IMG/VR virus record: IMGVR_UViG_3300036651_001908
Coordinates: 1-64,000 of that record
Reading direction: 5' to 3' (one strand)
From: a virus
DNA length: 64,000 nt
Below the pieces are notes generated by a model. That model was not told the origin of the DNA and made no database searches. It was given only the letters and a program-made list of their open reading frames with translations. The position numbers and the translations under genes are program-made. Positions 45,401-54,683 of this stretch are shown in pieces. Each line of letters opens with the position of its first letter. Position 1 is the stretch's first letter.

Positions 45401-48400
45401 TCCGGAGAAGGCTCCTGAGCCCCCGGCCGCCACTGAGGTTCCCAAGGCTCCCGCCGCGCCCCCGGCCGCTCCCGCTCCGGAGAAGAAGTCCGGTCCGGCG
45501 ATGAAGAAGGCCGAGCAGTTGACCAAGGGCGACAAGATCGCCACGGGCACCGTCTTCGGCGTCGATCACATCAACGCGCCCAAGGGCAAGGTCCACGTCT
45601 ACTACCACAACCACAAGGGCGTCATGCAGAAGGGGGAGTGGAACAAGTCCACTCTCATCGGTTACGAGGCCCCGAAGGCTGCCACGCCTGCTCCTGAGAA
45701 GGCTCCTGAGCCCGCAGGATCTGGTGGTGGGGCCGCGCAGCCTCCGACGCCTCCCGAGGCGCCTGCCGCGCCCAGCGGGGGCAATGCGGAGGGGTCTGGC
45801 TCGTCCGACTCCAAGCAACTGTGGGAGAACGGTCCGCAGTTCAGCACGCAGGACATCCAGGCGGCGCACGATGCGCTGAAGAACGCCGGTGCGTTCCAGG
45901 TCTCCTACGGCTTCAAGAGCATCCCCAGCAACCCGCTGGCGAGCCACCAGGCCGAACTCAAGGCCGAGGCCAAGAAGCAGTTCCCGACGATGCAGCCGAA
46001 GGCCGCCGTCGTGAAGTTGCTGCACAACCAACTCTCCCCGGAGCAGAAGGCGGAGAGCAAGGCCGAAGAGGTCGCGAAGATCCACATCGGAGCCAAGGAG
46101 CCGAAGCCCACACAGCAGGGCTTCAACGGTGGTGACTACACCGCAGACGAAATCCGGCACGCCATTCAGGCGCTGGAAGCCGACAACGGCAAGTTGGTGA
46201 AGTCCATTCTCAACAAGGCGGGCAGCCCGCTTGGTGAGTTGAGCCCGATCACGTTGCCGGAGGTGGGGTTCAACAAGGACAAGACCATCACCAAGCAGAA
46301 GTTCATCGACCACCTGAAGAGCCTGCTGCCGAAGGAGACTGGCCCGAAGAAGGTCACGGTCCGTCCTGAGAAGGACATCACCACCGGCACGATCGGCACG
46401 CCGCTGGAGAAGGACGGGCGCTTCGTCGCCCCGCCCAAGGCCGCTCCGAAGAAGGTCACGGTCCGCCCCGAGAAGGACATCACTACGGGCACGGTGGGTA
46501 CTCCGCTGGAGAAGGATGGGCGCTTCAAGGCCAAGGAGAAGTTGCCCCATCAGCCGGGCGACCTCCTTACCGGTGAGCAGGTCAAGGCTCTCCCGGATGG
46601 GCACGTCATTGCGTGGCACACCCATGACGGTGCGACCCACCCCGATGTGCAGCACACCGGGATCAAGGCGGGCGACAAGGTCAACAACGACCATGGGACC
46701 CAGAACAACGTCAGCACACTTGCCATCGTGGCTAACTCGCACGATCCGAATTCTGCTTCTGTGATGAACAAGCATGGCGTTCACTACGTGGGCGGTCCCG
46801 GTGCAACGAAGTTGGATGTCTCGAAGTACAAGAACGAGTTCTCCAAGGCCGAAGAGCCGAAGTTGCCCACTGCATTGGAGAACTTCGACAAGCCTGAGGA
46901 CACCGGACACGGACTTCAGCCGGGCGACCACGTTGATCAGGCTGCCTTCGACAAGTTGGTTCCCGGTGACCAGATCAAGACCTACCCGGGGGGCACGGTT
47001 TACTACACGCTGATGCCCGGTGGTCAGTCCTTCGAGTCCAGCCTGTCCGGCAGTCTCTTCGACAAGGAGGAGATGAACCCGACGGCCTACACCGGCATGG
47101 AGTTCAAGGGGCATGATGCTTCTCATGACGCTGTAACCCCGTCGGCTACCCCTGCGGCCTCTGAGGCTGAGATGCAGACGCACGACCAGGCTGTGGCGCA
47201 GACCCAGGAGTTCACTCCAGCGACGCAGGACCAGATCAACAACGCCGGTGTGGGCTCGCAGATGATCCTTCACTCAGTGAATGGGACTGAGTATCCCTTC
47301 ACCATGGGTACTAACGGTCAGTGGCACAACCCTCAGATGGGTGAGTTCAGCCCCGACCAGATCGATGCCAGCAAGGGTCATTTCGAGATGACCAAGGAAC
47401 TCAAGAAGTTGCCGACCGGCGACCCGAAGACCGTCGAGGAGATGCACGCCTTCCCGGAGAAGACGCAGTTCACCTACCACGCTGCATCCGGGACGATCTA
47501 TGACGCGGCTAAGTCCACCTCGGGGACCGTGCAGATTGCAGGCCTGGGCAACTACACGCCCGAGGGTGTGAAGGACCAGATCACAGCCGGGAAGTTCCAT
47601 GTGGAGCACATCCCCACTCCCGACGCTCATCCGCTCTCCCCTGCGGAGGTCGCTGCTCTCGGTGTGGGTTCCCGTGTCTTCTACTCGGGCGGCTTCGGTC
47701 GCGTCCTGGAGCGCAAGCCCGACGGCATGTGGCAGAGCCCCGGTGGGCAGGATGTGGGAGACGTTACCGGCATCGGTACGGCGCCCATCTACCTGGTCTC
47801 CGAGGCCGACAAGGGCGACCCGGCGAACATCGGCTACAGCCCTGAGATTCTGGATGCCAAGCCGAACAGCGTCGTGACCTACGCCGACGGTGCCGTGGCC
47901 AAGAAGATGGCCTACGCCTGGAACCTGTACAACTCGGATGGCGAGAGTGGAGGCACGCTCAACCCGGCCGTCGTCGCGCAGGACGTAGCCGATGGGCACG
48001 CGACACTGACCCACACCCCCACCGAGGCACAGCCCTTCGCACCCGGGAAGTACATCTCCAACGGCAAGGCCGCCATGCACGTCCTCCCGGACGGCACCGG
48101 TGTCTACGTCGCGAGCACGGGCACGACTTCCAAGTTGTCCAAGGCGAACGTGCTGAAGAACCACGACGCCGGGATGAGCAACTACCTGGGTGCCAACCAC
48201 CCGGTGCCCGAGATTGCGCCCAAGGAGTCGAAGGCTCCTGGTGCGGTCACCAAGGCTGCCGTTGCCGTTCCGACGAGCAAGGACATCCCGGATGGCAACT
48301 ACTACCTGAAGTCCAAGGCCGGTGACAGCATTCTCGTTACTGCCAATGGTCAGCAGGTGGCGAAGAACGGCGAGAACATCGGTGACCTGAAGAAGTTGAA

Positions 48401-51400
48401 GTTGGCCTTCAACAAGGGCCAGATCCTCGACCTCAACGGCACCTCGATTACACCGGTTGGCTACTCCGGTGGTGTCTCCCTGCTCGATACTCCGACGACC
48501 ATTCCGGCTTTGCTCGACCTCCAGAAGTACCTGGATCAGCATCCGGACCTGTTCAAGACGCCCTACTGGTATGGCGTCACGGACAACTTGTCCGCTGCGG
48601 GTTTCCCTCTGTCGTTGAGCGCATTCGTCAAGGCGTACAACGAAACGGCCGGTCCGGGGATGGCAGCCACCACCGGGCACTACTTCATGCAGGACGCACC
48701 CGCGGATGTGAAGGAGGCGATGGCCAACTTCTTCTCGCAGTCGGTCGCAAATCTTCTTGCGAAGGTGGACACGGCGATCCCCGACGCCAACACGTCGGCC
48801 CTGTTCGACTGGACGACGAACGGCCAGGCGAAGCCCCCGCTCCAGTTGGTCTCGATCCCGAAGATCAGCAGCAGCACCGACCCGGCCACGCTCAACGCGT
48901 ATGTGAAGCAGATCACTGAAGCACTCGGCGCGCAGAAGATTTTCAACCTGACCGGCATGACCAAGTACGCCAAGATGGATTGGATCAACGCGGTCAAGAA
49001 GGGCAACTTCGCCCACGCCTACGATTTGGAGGTCGCGTCACACTCGAACAAGGGGAAGGTGCACCCGTCGGGGTACCTGCACCCGGGCTACGAGGGCAAT
49101 GCGGCGACGAACAAGATCCAGTGGGGTCCCGCAGTCGAGGGCGAGGTCCCGGCTGGTGTTCCGGTCGAGGGTAACTGGACCTCCATCGGTGTGGCTGCTT
49201 CCACCGAGGAGTTGCAGAACTACCTCATCGCAGCGCACATGCAGCACCCGGAGCACCTGACCCTCGCGCAGCAGCGTTCCTGGGTCACGTACCACCGCAC
49301 CGGAGACAAGCAGGCCACGGATCAGTTGTCCGCCATGGCGGCTGTGAAGGCGCAGAACGGCGACCCTCAGATCAGTCCGACTCCGGTGTGGACGGACAAC
49401 GTCCAGCCTGCGAAGTCGTACGCCGTGTGGTTCGACAAGGGTCCGTTCCCCACCGAGAACGACATCTACAACGGGCTCACCGACGCCCCGGCCGAGTACC
49501 TGAAGGACAACGCCGGGAACGCCGAACTCCAGAAGTCGTGGGACGCCTGGTCCTCGCCGTACAAGAACAACTACACCAGCCTTCAGGATATGGCACACGG
49601 CGGCTCCTGGGGCACGCAGAAGAAGTTCCTGACGGATCACTTCACCCGGCTCCGGGAGGAGGCTGCGGCGGAGGAAGCCAAGCCGAAGTTCTCGTTGGTG
49701 AAGGAGATTGCCCAGGGCCAGCATCCCGCCTACCTGGTGGAAGACCACGGCAATCAGTACATCTTCAAGCCGGTGGATCCGGGCAAGGACTACCGTGCAG
49801 AAATCGAGGCGGCTGCCCTGCAACTGGGCGCGCTCTGGGGCTTCACGGAGCCGACGGCATCCGTCCAGTCTCTACCGACTGCCTCCGGCGAGCCCATGTT
49901 CGGTGGCCAGGTTGGCCTCCTCCAGTCCCTGATCCCGAACGTCGGGAACATGAACTTCGCTGACGGCCCGGTGGACATCGCGAGCCTGCACCCGAAGCAG
50001 TTGGGCCAGATCGCTGCCGAGCACGTCCTGGACTGGGCGATCGACAACAACGACGGCCACGGCGACAACCTCCTGATGACCCCGGACGGCAACATCGTCG
50101 GCATTGACAAGGGTCGTGCCTTCGCTGCCTTCGGCACCTGGGACGGGCTGAACGGCCCCGGCATGAACTACCAGGCCGAGACCATCGCTTCCAAACTGTT
50201 CATGCTGGCCAAGGCCGGTGTGCTCACCCAGGAGCAGATGGATGGCGCGTACAAGGCGGCGCTGAAGGCTGCGAACAAGATTTTCAAGTCGCCGGATGCA
50301 TCGGCTGTCTCGATCATCGCGAAGGGCCTGGCGAACCGGCCGCACTACCAGCAGGGTCCCGGCTCGAAGGAAGCCGTCATCCAGGCCTTCCTCGATCGCA
50401 AGCACGGGATCGTGGATGACATCAACAAGTTGTGGACGGGGATCTACGCCAAGTCCGGACTGACCAAGCCGGAGCCTCCCGTCAAGGCCTTGAACGAGGA
50501 CTTGCAGTCTGGCTTCCATGAGCCCGACCTCAGCGCGGCCATTCAGGACAAGGCGGTGTGGGGCGTGACCACGTTCCACGCTTCTCCGGACATCAAGAAG
50601 GGTTCCGTCCTGATTTGGCAGGAGAAGAACTCCAACGGCGATCCGGTCGCCAAGGGGCTGTTCGCCGTCAACAAGTACGCCGAGGGCAAGTTGCTGTCCT
50701 GGCTTGATGGCCATCTCAGCACTGATACCAGTGGCTCGTACGCGAGTGCGCAGTCGCTGGCCAACTTCCCGAACATGGAGCCCTTCCGCAAGGCCCTCTC
50801 CACCGCGGGTCGCGAGGTCAGTGATCACCTGGAGTCCGGGAACCCCAGCCCGGAGGTCATGCAGAAGTTCCAGGAGACCAAGGATCAACTTCTTGCGGAT
50901 GCCCAGTTCGGAGACACCCTTCCCGTCACTGCTGGGCAGGGCACCGATCCGATCAAGTTCCCCTCGGGCAATGCAGTGGATCCGGGCGCGCTGGGTCAGT
51001 ACCGTGCTGCGCTCACCCACTACCTGGACGCCGCTTACGAGGTGGAGCAGGCGCAGAAGGAGCAGCGTAAGACCGAGAAGTCACTGTTCGGGATCTACCA
51101 CCCGATCGCGGCGAAGACCACTCCGGCCACCTACCTGAACCCGGAGAAGGGTCTGGCCTACACCGAACTGACTACCGGAGACTTCATCACGAACATGGGG
51201 GTTGTGGTTCCGGCATCGCAGTTGCCTGACGGGGCGAAGGAGGGCTTGAACGGCTGGACTGCCATCAATGGGGCTCAGCAGTCCAGCGGGCTCACGGTGG
51301 TGAAGGAGCACGCGGGCGACCTGGCCGGGGCACTGAAGGAGGGCGGGCTCAAGGAGCAGTCCGACACCTTCAGCACCGCGGGCCACAATGGTTCGGAGTA

Positions 51401-52547
51401 CGTCGTTCATCTGACTACCGGTGAGTACATCCGGTTCCGTAACAGCGATCACACCAGCACCGATCAGTCGCAGTGGGACCAGATCCGCTTCCGGCTCTCC
51501 GGTTCCGATCACGAGGCCAGCCTGTCTCGGGTGGAGGCCGTGCTCAATCAGATGGGCCTGGACATGTCCGGGGCCGAGCCTGAGCACACGGAGGACATCT
51601 ACTGGAAGGAGATGTTCAATGCTCTGATCGGCAGCAGTCAGCAGATTCCGGCTGCTCAGAAGCAGGTTCTCGAAGACATGGCGCAACTCCGGAATGACCT
51701 CATGACGGAGCATGGTGTCTCGTACGACGGGATTGCGGACAAGCACCTGATCGAAGCCATTGCGGCGTCGAAGACGGTTGTTCCGGATCAGCATCAGTTC
51801 TGGCACGACAAGGCGGTGCAGGCATTCGGCCAGAAGAAGGTCGATGAGTGGCTGGCTGCGGAGAAGCACCTGCCGCAGTTCCAGCACTTTGATCTGGCCA
51901 ACCCGGAGAAGACGACCGGTCACGCTTTCTGGAACCGGCTCGACTTCACCCTGGAGCAGATCCTGGCGAAGCAGACGCTGCTTGGTCAGGGCACCATGGG
52001 TAAGGACAAGTCGTTGGCCAACTTCATCAAGTCCGGTAACTCGATCAGCACCGAGGAGCGCTTGCGCATGCTTGGTGTATTCGGTCACGGTATCTCGAAG
52101 GAGTCCGACCAGCCCAAGGGTGGTGCCAACTACGTCTTCGCCCGTACCGCCTATGACAAGGCGAAGTACGAAGGGGCTGCGGGCTTCGGTCCGCACGTCA
52201 TCTACTGGAACCCGGCGCTGTTCTTGCAGACCGGAACCAAGGGGTTCAACTACGACGCGTACGGCGAGCAGGACTCTCTATATAGAGCACAGGCCGACAT
52301 CCTGAAGGCACTGCGCCACGGGAACATGGACAACGAGACCGACATCCAGAACGCCATCTCCGTCTTCGACTACATGGAAATCATGATCTTCGATCTGGCA
52401 GAGAACCGCAATGCCGCGATTCAGAAGATGAAGGCGCTCGGACATGCCATACTGCGTGGTGTACCCATCGAGGAGCGGCTGATCATGCGTCAGGACGTAA
52501 ACAAGGCCATGGCGACCGTCATGGCGGCGTGGGGGAAGAACACATGA
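42462..52547 (+). CDS. Giant (3361 aa) polyvalent-type multidomain protein, putatively packaged and ejected
   Basis: Uninterrupted ORF with RBS AGGAG. GNAT-like block at about 44640-45140, kinase-like block at about 49680-50460, ART-like C-terminus. No Cys seen. Confidence 0.9.
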   Translation: MALSDLDPYEEILLLSLGMRHVRTLQGAEFFHLPLGAFITPEEIEAATAANGGDLAQDAAEAAQDAAEAQSDEIADKAEAAQDAQAKAANAASKIAKFKFKGVPPGALGTKSEAEKSAAAYAKNPSATIFKNLPSHHPYNLPADHPRHLAPPASEAAALALDHQHHLVSGNPDTQFQPHPSTLTGPNEFSVGPMKYNVPAGSRMFQPKGMPNVRILITPDETVHAFTHVGEVDVPMDLQQAFADVLPPGAKSNDLYQTKNFDVAAPVTSDLKAHIQNTHDTKAAARYAAALVQSDHANTAAAAASPPAKGAPPVEPPAAMTPEEAGQHASITGALMHAHPGAELVNGDGETEFIKQPDGTWKHALFNATVDESVVQKLVTSGELHIKGAAPGLTHDFKGMSKEQWLAFLNKAPVGAKFQIDGKDMVKGEDKTWNGIPAEKMGTLRLIANNYEDGTGPAIPKKEAPASPYSAPQEAWKESPVPTGPDQITAAQIQVGDKVNGDPVTKTFKTETPGRVRVVTRSEAGMLQEHSWLKTTQIGVERANHGLSFDEKYPNANNGKPNTGKSMNDFTNTPGGGTAGQGLNTPKKADAGSVEKPAAATPPPKNENLAKPEYQPFVAPKESNVGSEAGAGAGGNQPASGNAQPAGSGNVPAHDGGNGNANAGSTGGSSEAVAGQQHPDGNGAGPGVIPPEIVKGELPHSPAVQALAAKGLVTPQMVELHADKGAQFFQDAISRLKENNPYAAAVYVHPVDEYKNMRLFVTQDGTAGFAVDGNNAVSLFISPKSPHKGGSVAMLTMQTELGARRLDAFDTVLPGIYAKVGYVPSARVKWDDNYAPDGWDKNTFKPWNNGEPDVVFMVHDPAHSDGTYHPGEGKVFASYDQAEAFTKKAALNPSLVNPANTTPGEVHHQPGEVLSHQDLKSLPPGHTVEHTPSGVQYTSQGQGQFLSHKSNGVGDVGLMKTAADAGKMAYHSKTSGAAPAPEKAPEPPAATEVPKAPAAPPAAPAPEKKSGPAMKKAEQLTKGDKIATGTVFGVDHINAPKGKVHVYYHNHKGVMQKGEWNKSTLIGYEAPKAATPAPEKAPEPAGSGGGAAQPPTPPEAPAAPSGGNAEGSGSSDSKQLWENGPQFSTQDIQAAHDALKNAGAFQVSYGFKSIPSNPLASHQAELKAEAKKQFPTMQPKAAVVKLLHNQLSPEQKAESKAEEVAKIHIGAKEPKPTQQGFNGGDYTADEIRHAIQALEADNGKLVKSILNKAGSPLGELSPITLPEVGFNKDKTITKQKFIDHLKSLLPKETGPKKVTVRPEKDITTGTIGTPLEKDGRFVAPPKAAPKKVTVRPEKDITTGTVGTPLEKDGRFKAKEKLPHQPGDLLTGEQVKALPDGHVIAWHTHDGATHPDVQHTGIKAGDKVNNDHGTQNNVSTLAIVANSHDPNSASVMNKHGVHYVGGPGATKLDVSKYKNEFSKAEEPKLPTALENFDKPEDTGHGLQPGDHVDQAAFDKLVPGDQIKTYPGGTVYYTLMPGGQSFESSLSGSLFDKEEMNPTAYTGMEFKGHDASHDAVTPSATPAASEAEMQTHDQAVAQTQEFTPATQDQINNAGVGSQMILHSVNGTEYPFTMGTNGQWHNPQMGEFSPDQIDASKGHFEMTKELKKLPTGDPKTVEEMHAFPEKTQFTYHAASGTIYDAAKSTSGTVQIAGLGNYTPEGVKDQITAGKFHVEHIPTPDAHPLSPAEVAALGVGSRVFYSGGFGRVLERKPDGMWQSPGGQDVGDVTGIGTAPIYLVSEADKGDPANIGYSPEILDAKPNSVVTYADGAVAKKMAYAWNLYNSDGESGGTLNPAVVAQDVADGHATLTHTPTEAQPFAPGKYISNGKAAMHVLPDGTGVYVASTGTTSKLSKANVLKNHDAGMSNYLGANHPVPEIAPKESKAPGAVTKAAVAVPTSKDIPDGNYYLKSKAGDSILVTANGQQVAKNGENIGDLKKLKLAFNKGQILDLNGTSITPVGYSGGVSLLDTPTTIPALLDLQKYLDQHPDLFKTPYWYGVTDNLSAAGFPLSLSAFVKAYNETAGPGMAATTGHYFMQDAPADVKEAMANFFSQSVANLLAKVDTAIPDANTSALFDWTTNGQAKPPLQLVSIPKISSSTDPATLNAYVKQITEALGAQKIFNLTGMTKYAKMDWINAVKKGNFAHAYDLEVASHSNKGKVHPSGYLHPGYEGNAATNKIQWGPAVEGEVPAGVPVEGNWTSIGVAASTEELQNYLIAAHMQHPEHLTLAQQRSWVTYHRTGDKQATDQLSAMAAVKAQNGDPQISPTPVWTDNVQPAKSYAVWFDKGPFPTENDIYNGLTDAPAEYLKDNAGNAELQKSWDAWSSPYKNNYTSLQDMAHGGSWGTQKKFLTDHFTRLREEAAAEEAKPKFSLVKEIAQGQHPAYLVEDHGNQYIFKPVDPGKDYRAEIEAAALQLGALWGFTEPTASVQSLPTASGEPMFGGQVGLLQSLIPNVGNMNFADGPVDIASLHPKQLGQIAAEHVLDWAIDNNDGHGDNLLMTPDGNIVGIDKGRAFAAFGTWDGLNGPGMNYQAETIASKLFMLAKAGVLTQEQMDGAYKAALKAANKIFKSPDASAVSIIAKGLANRPHYQQGPGSKEAVIQAFLDRKHGIVDDINKLWTGIYAKSGLTKPEPPVKALNEDLQSGFHEPDLSAAIQDKAVWGVTTFHASPDIKKGSVLIWQEKNSNGDPVAKGLFAVNKYAEGKLLSWLDGHLSTDTSGSYASAQSLANFPNMEPFRKALSTAGREVSDHLESGNPSPEVMQKFQETKDQLLADAQFGDTLPVTAGQGTDPIKFPSGNAVDPGALGQYRAALTHYLDAAYEVEQAQKEQRKTEKSLFGIYHPIAAKTTPATYLNPEKGLAYTELTTGDFITNMGVVVPASQLPDGAKEGLNGWTAINGAQQSSGLTVVKEHAGDLAGALKEGGLKEQSDTFSTAGHNGSEYVVHLTTGEYIRFRNSDHTSTDQSQWDQIRFRLSGSDHEASLSRVEAVLNQMGLDMSGAEPEHTEDIYWKEMFNALIGSSQQIPAAQKQVLEDMAQLRNDLMTEHGVSYDGIADKHLIEAIAASKTVVPDQHQFWHDKAVQAFGQKKVDEWLAAEKHLPQFQHFDLANPEKTTGHAFWNRLDFTLEQILAKQTLLGQGTMGKDKSLANFIKSGNSISTEERLRMLGVFGHGISKESDQPKGGANYVFARTAYDKAKYEGAAGFGPHVIYWNPALFLQTGTKGFNYDAYGEQDSLYRAQADILKALRHGNMDNETDIQNAISVFDYMEIMIFDLAENRNAAIQKMKALGHAILRGVPIEERLIMRQDVNKAMATVMAAWGKNT

Positions 52548-52849
52548 ACATCCAAGGTGACCCTCGGGTCGAAGTGAAGCGGGTCTTCCCCTACGGGGCT
52601 CAGGCGGCGACGGAGAATCCGAATCAGCCGGACTTCAAGATCGTGGATGTCCAGGTCAAGCAGGCCGCGGATGGTGAATGGATCATGGGCGGCTGGGCCT
52701 ACCCGAACAAGATGATGACCTTCGAACTCGCGGACGCCACCGAGACACCCCGAGGCTGGATCGTCTACAAGGGCAGCGTCCGCTACCTGCTCACCCCGCT
52801 GAGCCAGCAAGTGGGGCAAGCGCTCTACGCGGAGATTGAGGCGATCTGA
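52544..52849 (+). CDS. Hypothetical protein coupled to the giant gene
   Basis: ATGA overlap with the giant gene stop. Confidence 0.75.
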   Translation: MNIQGDPRVEVKRVFPYGAQAATENPNQPDFKIVDVQVKQAADGEWIMGGWAYPNKMMTFELADATETPRGWIVYKGSVRYLLTPLSQQVGQALYAEIEAI

Positions 52850-53133
52850 TGGCGCTCTATCTGATCCACTGCAAGCCCAATGGTGAGCCGGTCGGGATCT
52901 GGGACGACACCGGAGACCACGTCTACGCCGATCCGAAGTACGAGACCCGGGGGCAGTTGACCTTCGACTCCCGTGGGTCGAAGAACCCGTGGTCCTCCTT
53001 CGTGGACGGACTCAGTCGGGGCACGCCGCACGCTTCGCTGTGGCAGTCCGATGACACCCCGCTGGACAAGGGACAGGCGCTTGATCAGGCCCGGAGCCAG
53101 TACCAGGGGCTCAACAAACCTCCGCTCCGATAG
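52849..53133 (+). CDS. Hypothetical protein
   Basis: TGATG coupling. Confidence 0.75.
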   Translation: MALYLIHCKPNGEPVGIWDDTGDHVYADPKYETRGQLTFDSRGSKNPWSSFVDGLSRGTPHASLWQSDDTPLDKGQALDQARSQYQGLNKPPLR

Positions 53134-53144
53134 TACAAGTCGAA

Positions 53145-54683
53145 ATGACTGATGTAGCGGAAGTTGATGTTGACAACTCGCGCCCCCGCCTGAGTGGGGG
53201 TGGTGAGGGCCTTCTGCGCCCGGACTTCGGGTTCGCCGCAGCCGCCGCATCTCTACTGGGATGCGACCTCTCCCACTGGAACGGTGCCGTTGACATCGCG
53301 AAACTGGGCGCCCAGTTCGTCATCCTCAAGTTGGGGGGCTCGGATTCGGGCCGCTACACCGACCGGATGTACTCCACTTGGGCTCCCGAGGTTCGTGCCG
53401 CGAAGAAGCACCTCGGGCACTATTGGTTCAACGGAGCCGGTGACCCCGTTGCGGACGCCCGGTACTTCGTCGCGAACCTCTCGCACTACCAGGACGAGGA
53501 TCTTCTTGTTCTAGACATTGAGTCGGAGATTCCGGGTACGCCATGGACTCCGTCGCATGCTCTGGCATGGTTCAAGGAGGTCCGGGCGCTGAAGCCGAAG
53601 GCTCGGCTCGTGGCCTACATGTCGTCCTCCGTGACGACTGCTTTCGATTGGTCCGAGGTCGTCAAGTTCGGTGTCGAACTCTGGGTCGCGAACTACGGAG
53701 CCAACACCGGGAGCAAGCCGTCGGGCACCCCGGTCGTCGGGCACTGGAAGAACTGGATCATCTGGCAGTACACCAGCGTCGGTCGCATCGCGGGTGTCCC
53801 CGGTGCGGTGGACCTCAACTTCGCACACCCCAGCCTCTTCGCTCCGCTTCCTGCTCCGACGCCGGTTCCCAAGCCGGTTCCCAAGCCTGTCCCCGCTGTG
53901 CCTACCAAGGCCGAGGGCACAGCCATTCAGGAGTGGGCCAAGCACGGTGGCTACACGGGTCCGATCGATGGTGACCCGCAGAAGTACACCTGGACGGCCT
54001 GCCAGGTCCTGCTCAAGAAGGACTGGGGCTACACCGGCATCGAGGACGGCGTTCCGGGCACCCTCACTTACGAGGCGTTCGAGCGTTTGGCCAAGGCTAA
54101 GGGCGGCTACACCGGCTCGGTGACCAATGGTGTGCCCGACGCTGCCCTCTGGGCTGCGGTCGCTAAGGCTGTCACCCCGGCCCCTGCGCATGTTCCTGCC
54201 CCGGTTCCTGCGCCCGCACCTGCTCCGGCCCCCAAGCCGATCCCAGCCCCTACTCCTACCCCGGCGCCTGTTCCCGCTCCGGTTCCCCCCAAGGATGACG
54301 CCATGCAGACCATTTACTCCCGTACCTTCGCTCCGAATCAGCCTGTCAAGCCCGCTGAATGGACCACCGTCGAACTGGACGGGAAGGGTGTCTTCTCCTT
54401 CATCATCGCCAATGAGGATGGGAACTACGACATCAACGCGTCGTTCCAGTTCGCAGGCATCCCGGTGGGAGACAGCGCGCAGGCACGTCTAGCGATCGTG
54501 GACGCCAACGGCAAGGTGCTGCACCAGACGCCGGTGGTGGAGTTCGCGGGCACGCCCGGCAGCACCTTCGCTGCCCTCGGGCGCTTCGTCGCACTGAAGA
54601 AGGGCGAACGTCTTCGCGTGCAGGTCGCGGCCTTCACGCCGGGCGTGGTCCTGGCCCGCGGCGACGTGCAGTGGCACTCCTAG
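53145..54683 (+). CDS. Endolysin: GH25 muramidase, peptidoglycan-binding repeats and C-terminal beta domain
   Basis: GCDLSHWNG, GHYWF, LDIE, LWVANY, WQYTS.G; GYTGPIDG / GYTGIEDGVPG repeats; Pro-Ala linkers. Confidence 0.92.
   Translation: MTDVAEVDVDNSRPRLSGGGEGLLRPDFGFAAAAASLLGCDLSHWNGAVDIAKLGAQFVILKLGGSDSGRYTDRMYSTWAPEVRAAKKHLGHYWFNGAGDPVADARYFVANLSHYQDEDLLVLDIESEIPGTPWTPSHALAWFKEVRALKPKARLVAYMSSSVTTAFDWSEVVKFGVELWVANYGANTGSKPSGTPVVGHWKNWIIWQYTSVGRIAGVPGAVDLNFAHPSLFAPLPAPTPVPKPVPKPVPAVPTKAEGTAIQEWAKHGGYTGPIDGDPQKYTWTACQVLLKKDWGYTGIEDGVPGTLTYEAFERLAKAKGGYTGSVTNGVPDAALWAAVAKAVTPAPAHVPAPVPAPAPAPAPKPIPAPTPTPAPVPAPVPPKDDAMQTIYSRTFAPNQPVKPAEWTTVELDGKGVFSFIIANEDGNYDINASFQFAGIPVGDSAQARLAIVDANGKVLHQTPVVEFAGTPGSTFAALGRFVALKKGERLRVQVAAFTPGVVLARGDVQWHS

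Noticed and set aside
37295-52196. Long antisense ORFs over the structural genes (e.g. 37295..38812, 45300..47273)
   Set aside because: These are shadow ORFs expected from high-GC codon bias, with no RBS or motifs.
42462-52547. Virion RNA polymerase (N4-like size, Cys-free) or tape measure protein
   Set aside because: I saw no DxDGD or single-subunit RNAP motifs; DNNDGHGDN fits a kinase catalytic loop. Composition and head-cluster position do not fit a tape measure protein.
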